Origin: Eledone cirrhosa
Lineage: Eukaryota
Assembly: GCA_964016885.1 (NCBI GenBank)
Contig: OZ024740.1
Coordinates: 213,032,001-213,096,000 of the forward strand
DNA: 64,000 nt
Direction: 5' to 3'
This document shows, piece by piece, positions 54,226-64,000 of the stretch. The position numbers and the translations under genes were made by a program. A model generated the notes under the pieces. That model did not search any database. It was not told the origin of the DNA and saw nothing but the letters and a program-made list of their open reading frames with translations. Position 1 is the first letter of the stretch. Each line of letters begins with the position of its first letter.

Positions 54226-54586
54226 TGTAAAGTGGTTGTATGGGTGTCATGACAAAAAGCACCCAGTCCACACTGTAAAGTGGTCATGTAAGTGTCACAA
54301 CAAACAGCACCCAGTCCACACTGTAAAGTGGTCATGTAAGTGTCACAACAAAAAGCACCCAGTCCACACTGTAAAGTGGTCATGTAAGTGTCACAACAAA
54401 ATGCACCCAGTCCACACTCTAAAGTGATTGTGTAAATGTGATGACAAAAAGCACCCAGTCCACACTGTAAAGTGGTCTTGTAGGTGTCACAACAAAAAGC
54501 ACCCAGCCCACACTATAAAGTCGTCATGTAAGTGTCATGACAAAAAGCACCCAGTCCACACTGTAAAGTGGTCATGTAGGTGTCAC
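54226..54586. repeat. 48-bp minisatellite (~7 units) derived from a SINE internal segment
   Basis: caaaaagcacccagtccacactgtaaagtggtcatgtaagtgtcacaa; related motif at ~51400-51510, ~49750-49810 and ~52120-52200. Confidence 0.85.
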
Positions 54587-55158
54587 TAACTCTCCAGATC
54601 ACTGCAAGAAAAAAACCTAGACATAAAGCTTTTGTGTGGTTTGCACCACAAAATTTTGCCAGCTGTGTAACTGGGAAAAGTGAAATATACTCTTGCAAGT
54701 GACTTCAGAGAAACACTCCTTAAATACCTACTTCGACATCTTTGTTTACTGTTCTCGTGAAGCAAAATTCATTCTGAAAAATGTATTTTTTTCAATTTTC
54801 AACGTTAACTTTGCACTACACAAATTGCCCCCATTTGGGATTTTTTTAATAGTTATCTCCCTTTAAATTATTTAAAGGATGTGTCTATTTATAGATTACC
54901 TGCCCTAAGAAACCTCTCCTGTGTTTTCTATAAAACCTCCAAAAATTTGGGGGTAGCCATCTTCGTTTATATAATAAGCTTTATTTATAGTACCTTTATA
55001 TCTTGTTGTAATTAATTATACTTAACTCATCCTATTGACTGAGTGCTCTTACCCTTGGGTATTTCTACCAATCTCGTACTACAGTATGTATATGCATATA
55101 TATATATATATGTATATATATTTATCTACATATATATCTATATATATTTATATATTTA

Positions 55159-55203
<45 letters not shown>

Positions 55204-55266
55204 GTACTAGGACTGGTGCTCTGAAATAGCGATGTATACATGAATGTATGTATAGTATATTTGGCA

Positions 55267-56250
<984 letters not shown>

Positions 56251-56316
56251 TTATATATATATATATATATTTCAAAATATAGCAACAATATGTTAAGAAA
56301 TTTAAGAAATTCTTAC

Positions 56317-56378
56317 ATGGGGTTCTATAAGTTTAAACTTAATCTTTTCTAAAAATTCCTGGTCTGTAAATGGAATCC
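56317..56378 (-). CDS. HtrL-like gene, middle coding exon (62 nt)
   Basis: ttgcag acceptor and gtaag donor; phase 1 to 0 links exons 1 and 3 in frame (RIPFTDQEFLEKIKFKLIEPH). Confidence 0.7.
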
Positions 56379-57162
56379 CTGCAATAATATAAAAACATTA
56401 TTGAAATACAATACATAATTTTGATATATTTAAATATTAAATATTTCAATAAAAATGAGATCTACATTAAAATTACACATAATTTTCACATCAGTTTCTC
56501 TCTAACTGGTTTGTCTTTGTAAAGTAAAGTACTATTGAGTAGAACTAGCATGAATAATGGTGTTTGGAATTATTTCTGGGCAAGAATGTCAAAGTAAACT
56601 GTAGAAGATTCCATCCTGATATAATTACTGGTAAAGAACGTTGTTATGTCATATTCAGTTAAACTTAACTGAATACCATATATAAATAACTAATTCTAAC
56701 TTTAACTTGATAAACTCTAAACAAAAATAATATCTAAACAATAGTTCCAGTACAAATAATAACAGAAACATATCTATGGCTTAATGGACATTTTATAACA
56801 CTCACCTTCTTTCGACAGTTATAACACCATATTTTATAAATATTTTTATTCATTCATTGAAAGGATTGATGCAACCTTTAGTTTGCTGAAACTTTTATAG
56901 TTTTCATTAGAAAAATGTCAGTGTTTATGTCTCATCCCCTAGAACTACATACAAGTATAACATATCTTTGATTGAAGGCAATTTTTGTGTCAATGTTTGT
57001 GTTTGCCTTATCTTTCCTGGTCTTGCATTATTGTCCTAATCAGCTTTCTGACACAAACCTCAAATATTTTTCTGTATTAGACGTTTTCCATGATCTAGAT
57101 TCTAAATATATACAATATGTTTTTGGTTTAGTTTTAATTTTATAGTAGACATATATATAGTG

Positions 57163-57380
57163 AGTGGTGGCAGTATTGGTAGAGTGTCGGAGAACATGCT
57201 TTGTGTTAGTATAGTTACGTCTCTTTACGTTCTGAGTTCAAATCCTGCCAAGGTTATCTTTGTTTTGCCTTTCAACTCTATGGGGTTGATAAAATAAAGG
57301 TCCAGTACCACACTAGGGTTGATTTAATCAACTTTCTACTCCCACAAAATGTTTGACCTGGTATCTGAATTAGAAACCAT
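57163..57380 (+). mobile_element. tRNA-derived SINE, same family as 38515-38700
   Basis: gagttcaaatcc B box; gcctttca..ggggttgataaaataaa. Confidence 0.75.
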
Positions 57381-57559
57381 TTTATAGGAGACAGAAGTTT
57401 TAACATCCAACTCACAGAAATATATCTTTCTTTATTTTCCACAAGGGCATACACAAAATGGGACAGTACAAGACGTGATGGTGGTGGAGGGGGTTACATA
57501 GAAATTGTGTAAACTTTAACATTAATAAATTAAAATAAACTATATATTAAAATGAAATA

Positions 57560-60040
57560 ACAATCGAAATCCCCAATAAGGGGAACATTACTGAGGGGTT
57601 GTTTTTACATCCAATAGATAGAACAACCCTCAACACCAGGAGCATGTTTTGTAGGTGTTCCCGCCTTCCCTCTTTTGTCTTCCTCAACATACAGGTTTAT
57701 ATACAGAGAAGGCCCATTCACTCGGGCCATTTTTGCCACATTCACCCACCTTTCAGCGAATTTTCTGGGGTGCAGCACCTCTCCCTCCACTTTCACCTTC
57801 CTTCTGAAGTAATATTTAAAGAAGGGGATGAGTTGTTGTCCGGAGAGGAAGGTGTTTTCCCTCAGTCCTTTCAACCTCATCCACCATATTATGTCTTTCA
57901 CTATAGCCACCAGACAGAGGAAAACCGCCTCTCTTTCATTCTTAAATAAGGGTGTCCGTGCCTGTAGATTTTGTCATGAATTGGTAGAGCTCCTCAATAG
58001 CACTGCCAGGCCAGAGACCTCTGGAAGTTATCCATAGGCCCTAGTCAGAAAGTCCTCCGAAACAGACTGGTTAGTTCATCCTCTTCAATGCCTAGAGTCT
58101 CCCCAAGAATGTCATCAAATTTATCCTCCACTAATCCCCTATAGAATGTTTTGATGTGGAGTCTCCGCTGATTGCCGTTTCTGCTTGGTAGAGGGCTGTG
58201 AGTGCCTGAACACACTCAAGATGCCAGGCGCCCATCTTTGGTTTTCGCTTGACCCAGGATTGCAGCTCCATTAGCGAGATAAGTTGTGGAAAAGCTTCGC
58301 TCACAAACGACAACCACACCAGTTCACCGGTCAAGAATACCTGGACATGGTGTAGCCTCAGTGTGTGTTTGCGCATCATCAGCCACAGCTTGCCCAGCCC
58401 TCCGTTGGAAAGGTGTTGGCAGCAGATGGATCTCCTCACTAATGGAGCCTGTTTCTTCCAAAGGAACTTGAAGAGTGGACGTTCCATTTTGGTGAGGTGA
58501 TCACGGGGACAAGGCATGACTATCAAGTGGTAGTAGATGATGGACACTATGTAATTGTTTGCCACCTCCACTCGACCATTTAGAGTTTGCACACAGCCCA
58601 CTTCTGGGTGAGTGCAAATACCTTTGCCATGACCTCATTCCAGTTTTTGTCCACCTGGAGTTCTGGACCAAACCAGACCCCAAGCAATTTCACCGGTCCT
58701 TCCATTCAGTATCCAACGACACTGTCGGACGGAAAGGGTTTGCCTCTCCATGAGCCAAGTTGCAAACCAACAGACTTGTTCAGGTTAAGTTTTGCTCCTG
58801 TCAACGTTTCGTATTCCTGTAATAAGTTGCCAATTACCCCAAGTTCCGAGGTTTCAACACTATTATGGTCACGTCGTCTGCATAAGCCGATGCTACTTTC
58901 CACAATCCTGGTTCCATCAAGATGCCCCGCAATAGCTCCAGCTTCTGCAGTAGTGGCTCAAGAGTCAACACATACAGAATGGAGGAGAGAGGGCATCCTT
59001 GACAGATGGAACATATGATTTGGAATTACTCCAATAGGTAGCCATTCACCTTCACTGCCGAACAGATGTTGCTGTGCATGGCAGTGATCCAGCCTCTGAA
59101 GATGGGACCAAAACCAACCGTCTTGAGAACTGCTTCCAAGTATTGACAGTCGACCCTATCAAATGCCTTAGATTGATCTAAATTGATCAGATACCCACCG
59201 AAGCCAGGTTTACACCCTACCCTCTCTATGATGTATCGCATGAGGTGGAGGTTGTCGTGTATGGACCTGGTTGGGATTGCACACGCTTGTGTTCCCCACC
59301 AGGTTCTCGACGACAAGCACCGGCCTCATTGCTAACACCTTCAACTTTGTGTTGAGCAGAGTTATGGGCCTGAAATTGCTTATGTTATCCTCTTTGTTCT
59401 CATCTTTCCTGATCAGCATTACTACACCTCTGCTTACAGAACTGGGAATTCTTGTGTTCTGCTGCCAGTTGCAGTAGACTGTTTCGAGGATGTCAGAGAA
59501 CAAGTCTGGCATACCTATGTAAAAAACACAGGGTAAACCATCTAAACTGGGTGATTTGCATTTCCCACAGTGGCCTAGGGCGTCTTCTATTTCACCCACT
59601 GTGATCAGCCTTTTGCAGTTCTCCGCATCCGTGTTCGAGAGTCATGGTAGGCCGTCGAGGTAGGAACTAAAGTCCATCACCATGCTCGACACACCGCTCT
59701 GCCCAAACAGTTGTTCAAAGTGCTGCTGGAAGGCCGTGCACATCCGCTTGGATTGAAGTAGTAAGCGTCCGTATTGGTTTTACAAAGATCGAATTGTGGA
59801 TTTGTTGAAAGAGCACGATGGCCCCCGTCAACTGGCATTTAACTAAAGTGCTAATCCGTTTACTGTAGGCTTTACACGTCAAGAGCGACATGTTTAGCTT
59901 CCAATACCCTGGTCCTTGTTTATGTGTTCTATCAAGGTCACTAATTTGTGGTCTGAATAGGCAACCATGTACATTTGTGGACAGTTTAACGATTCCCTAT
60001 CATTTTTTTTCTAATTAGAAATATATCTAAATACGTTCTA
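57560..60040 (-). mobile_element. Tx1-clade LINE ORF2, decayed
   Basis: KSPSLDGLP, NFRPITLLN, IHDNLHLMR, LDQSKAFDRV, GGLG, IIWWMR; many frameshifts. Confidence 0.88.
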
Positions 60041-60044
60041 GAAC

Positions 60045-62002
60045 TTACTTGTACTTGTGTCGACATTCACCCTGGATGGATTGAGCCGGCTTCTTCCCTT
60101 GTCCTGATGGCATCCCGAACCATGGCAACCCACGCACGACGGACCCGGGCTAGGTCATTGGAGATAGCGAGCCAGTCACGGTTCCATCGGCGCAGGCCGG
60201 CCACCTGCGGACCTGAGAGTTCGGAGAGGTCCTCCTTGATCGTTGTTGCCCAGGTCTTCAGCTGCCCGCTAACGCGCCTGCGGCAGTTAGGGAGTGGAGG
60301 TGGGAGGAGAACATCGCGGATCATCTCACCCTCAGGGCGCCGGGATGTGTGACCAAACCATCTCAAACACTGTTGCAGAAGCACTGAAGGAAGGGGTCGA
60401 AGATTCAGGCAAAGACGAAGACTGGTGGTAGGTACCCGATCAACGCGTCGACAGTGAAGAATGTGGCAGAGACAGTCATTGTCGAAGAACTCCAGCCCTC
60501 GTTGATCGACTACCCTCACAGGCCATGTTTCACAGCCATAGAGGCGGATAGTGCGAACGACAGCCTGGTAGATTCGCCCTTTGGTCGCCGAGGTGATCTC
60601 TCTTCTGACCCACAGACACCGCTGGAGGCGCCCAAAAGCGGATCTGGCAGCACCTATGCGACGCTTGACCTCGGCTGCACCCTGTCCCATTGGACCCACT
60701 GTTGATCCCAGGTAAATGAAGGACTCCACATCCTCCAGGTCCACGCCCTCAAGATATATTGGTTGCCAGGCATTAGGCGAGACCAGTGAAGTCATGACTT
60801 TCGACTTGGCGGCATTGATTCGTAGACCAAAAGCGGCGGCTGCAGTGTGCACCCTTTCGAGAGCACCTTGTACATCTGTCCCGTTAGCGCCCATCAGCAT
60901 AGACCAGGTCCATCACCATGACCCCTCTCCCTACTTCTATGCCCAGGTAATCCAGGAGCGCTGTGTCGAGTGTAGTCAATGGCGTAGTTAAAGAAGTTGG
61001 CGATAGCGCACACCCCTGCCGAACACCGGTCCCATCATCGAACGACTCCGTCTCCCCACCATAGACCCTCACTTGAGCACGAGTCGACCGGTAGTAGCCT
61101 TGTATGAGACAAAGCAGCTTCACTGGAATGCCGTCCGCCTACATTATACGCCATAGGGCTTCCCGATCTACCGAGTGGAAGGCAGCTGCAAAGTCGATGA
61201 AGCAGAGGACGGTAGGCTGTTGATGTGCCCACCGTTGTTCCAGGACACGCCAGAGAATGAAGATTTGATCAACGCACCCTCTCGCTGGACAGAAGCTGCC
61301 CTTAGAAGGACGGGTACGGACATCACGGATGACCTGGAACCTCTTCAGCAGAAGAATTGCGAAGGTCTTGGCAGCAACGTCAATTAAACTGATACCCCTG
61401 TAGTTGGAACACAGTTTCCTGTCGCCCTTTTTGAAGAAGGGTAGGAGAGTTGCCTCGCTCCAGTCACCAGGGAACCACTCCGTCGCCCACACCGAGGAGA
61501 AGACTCGATGGAGCCAAGCTGTGAAGACATCAGGCTCGGCCTTGTAGACCTCAGCTGGAATGCCATCCTCGCCCGGCGCCTTGTTGTTCCGGAGATGTGT
61601 TAGGACACCACGTACCTCCTCGACTGTTGGAGGGGCAGTGCTGCACTCGTATTCTTCTCCGGAAGGCTGCACATAGGTTGGCGTGGATGTTGGCGGGTCA
61701 TTAAGACTGGTAATGACCGCCCCGTTCCAATCACGCATCGTCTCGCTGATACCCGTACTGCTTCGGCTGGCCCGCTTCACCAGTTGGTAGAGCTTGCGCA
61801 AGTCACCACAGGCTGCTGCCCTCTCCGTCTGCTCCACAAACTCACGCCAGTGTGCATTCCGATCGGCCCAAATAGCCCGAGATGTGCGACGTCGGAGATC
61901 TCGAAGATTGGGTGCACCCTCGAGTCGGGCCACTCTCGCCCTCTCCACGAGTTCAAGAGTGCTTCGGGTCAACCCGAGATGCTCCCTGGCCACCTCAACC
62001 AT
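60045..62002 (-). mobile_element. RTE-BovB-like LINE, 5'-truncated
   Basis: NNKAPGEDGIPAE, KKGDRKLCSNYRGISL, GVRQGCALSP, YADG, YLGS, LYGCETW, LRWFGH. Confidence 0.9.
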
Positions 62003-62074
62003 CTAATAATGTGGAAACATCTAATAATGTGGAAAAATACAATTTTAAAATAAAAAGAATGCAAAATTATAATA

Positions 62075-62384
62075 CAGGGTGAGTCATAAGTAACCGGGGT
62101 GAGGGGGAAGTCACGTATTTTCATAGCAAGATTCACAGATAAGGTTAGGGTGAGTCATAACTAACCGAGGGGGGGGGGGGGGGTAGTCCTTGTATTTTTA
62201 TAGCAAGGTTCACAGATGACCTTTTGAACATCCACTTATTTGTGTGTGATCAGCCATAGTTATATTGTTTTAACTACTTTGTTTTGATGTATATATCATT
62301 TTATAATGTATAACCAGAAATTTGGTAAATATTATCATTTGGAATATAAATGTTGTCCTGCCTGATTACTTATGACTCACCCTG
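62075..62384. mobile_element. Tc1/mariner-type MITE with TA TSD
   Basis: Perfect 19-bp TIR cagggtgagtcataagtaa / ttacttatgactcaccctg. Confidence 0.85.
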
Positions 62385-62415
62385 TATAAAGAAAAATATA
62401 TAAAATATAACTTAC

Positions 62416-62500
62416 GCTGAAATTTCAATGTTATAATTGCAACAAATGATATTGTTCCACATATAACAAATATCATACACAGCTTCTTAAATGATATCAT
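62416..62500 (-). CDS. HtrL-like gene, first coding exon (type II signal anchor)
   Basis: Acceptor tttttag at 62506, ATG at 62500, MISFKKLCMIFVICGTISFVAIITLKFQ, donor C|gtaagt (phase 1). Confidence 0.72.
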
Positions 62501-63000
62501 TTTTCCTAAAAAGATAATGGGAAAATGTTGACTAGGGTTGAAATTCAATCTTTAAAAGTAAGGACATTGAAGATAATGTAGACCTCATAAACTTTCACTG
62601 AAAATATGAATTACTCATTACTTAAATAGTTAATCATAAACAACAACAACAAACATGGGAAAAGAAAATCAGTTGTGGAGATGAATGAATAGACAAAGTG
62701 TTGAAGATGGGGTATGTGAAGTTTCAGATTTACTAGAAATGATGAGAGAAGGTGATGTGGTGTAGAGAAGGTTTGTAACTTGATAGATTCAACATAGAGA
62801 CACTGTTAGATCATCATCATCACACCGTTTTCTGCCAAGAGTTGTAACTGGTAGATAGTATCAGCAATGGAAAGACCAATGGAAACATATTTTCCCAGGT
62901 GCCATTAGACAAGTTCCATACCTCTCAGTAAGTGAGTGACGTCTGGGATCTTGTCAATCTATTTTCCCTTAAGTATGTTTTTTTTATACTAATACCAGCT

Positions 63001-63165
63001 TTAACCCTTTAGCATTTAAACTGACCATATCCAGCCAGAATTCTCTCACCTCTTGCTGTTCAAACTGGTCATAACCGGCCACTCATACTGACATTAAGGT
63101 ATTGTTCTCAAAATAAATAACATCAAAATCTCGTAGATTCGGTATTATGTGAGATAATTATGTAA
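63001..63165. mobile_element. piggyBac-type MITE end
   Basis: TTAA|ccctttagcatttaaa. Confidence 0.6.
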
Positions 63166-63724
63166 CACATAATTATTTACCACAAAAATACAATAGCAAA
63201 TATAGAATAATGTAAATGCTAAACAATTAAACTGCAACATGCTAAAACCTTTACATGTAATAATATTTAAAATGTATATCACGAGTGGATTCTTATATGA
63301 ACAATATTTAATAAATGTTTTGGTATAATATACTCTTGGCACTTAAATTATCGTCCCCACATCACACTTATTCATTTTTCAACTGTATATCTCTCAGTGT
63401 ATGTGTGTATGTATGTGTGTGTATGTATACATGTTTGTGTGTATGTCTACGTATGTGTGCATATGTGTATGTATGTGTATGTATGTGTGTGTATATGTGT
63501 ATGTGTGTGTGTATGTGTGTGTATGTGTGTGTATGTGTGTATGTGTGTATGTGTGTGTGTGGGTGTGTATGTGTTTGTATATGTGTGTATGGGTATGTAT
63601 GTTTGTGTATATGTGAGTGTGTGGGTATGTATGTGTGTGTATGTGTACATGTGTGTATATGTGTGTATATATATGTGTGTGTGTATGGGTGTGTATGTGT
63701 GCGTGTACATGTGTATATACACGA

Positions 63725-64000
63725 GGGTACAAAAGAAGGGGACAAATACAAAGGGGGGAGTTTACACAAAAGAACGAGTAAAAAAACAAATAACAAATAT
63801 AAAATTTACAATAAAGTCCTCAATAGGGAGGAGGCGTTTTGGGGGGTCGCACACACCCCCGAAAAAGTGTGCAACCCTTCTCCTCAGGAGCACAGAGAGA
63901 GGGTGCTCCCTTGTTCTTCCATCTTTTTCACCTACAGGCTGATATAGAGAGAAGGCCCATTCACACGAGCCATTCTCGCCCCTTTCACCCACCTTTCATA
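63725..64000 (-). mobile_element. Tx1-like LINE 3' end
   Basis: Similar to ~57490-57755 (agagaaggcccattcac..ttcacccacctttca). Confidence 0.65.

Noticed and set aside
54226-54586. CRISPR-like array (also 39019-39201)
   Set aside because: Contiguous tandem units without unique spacers, in eukaryotic DNA.
56806-56938. Extra exon (tag|ggg..aag|gtgag)
   Set aside because: It has stops in the phase required. It could only be an alternative first exon (MNKNIYKIWCYNCRKK), which is unsupported without RNA data.

Overview
This is AT-rich, microsatellite-dense animal DNA. The SINE and transposon complement suggests a cephalopod such as Octopus, but that is inference. One host gene is supported: a 3-coding-exon, ~360-aa type II membrane HtrL/YibB-like protein on the minus strand (62500-52544). 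The rest is mobile DNA: Penelope-like elements (RT + GIY-YIG), RTE, Tx1, R4/Dong and CRE-like non-LTR fragments, a Helitron, mariner, MITEs and tRNA-derived SINEs. The main signal lies outside the ORF track. About 30 type I hammerhead ribozyme (HHR) motifs (intact, degenerate or half) from roughly ten sequence families occur on both strands. They sit in Penelope pseudo-LTRs and in short ORF-less elements lodged in (TA)n tracts, often as partial tandems (430-593 nt period) plus an inverted fold-back. This resembles a retrozyme-like non-autonomous system. Two families carry a compensated U3-A8 core (UUGANAA), three motifs have a U.U pair at 10.1/11.1, and two palindromes fold back inside HHR stem II. 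All folds were read by eye, so activity is untested. Most short ORFs in the track are microsatellite artefacts.
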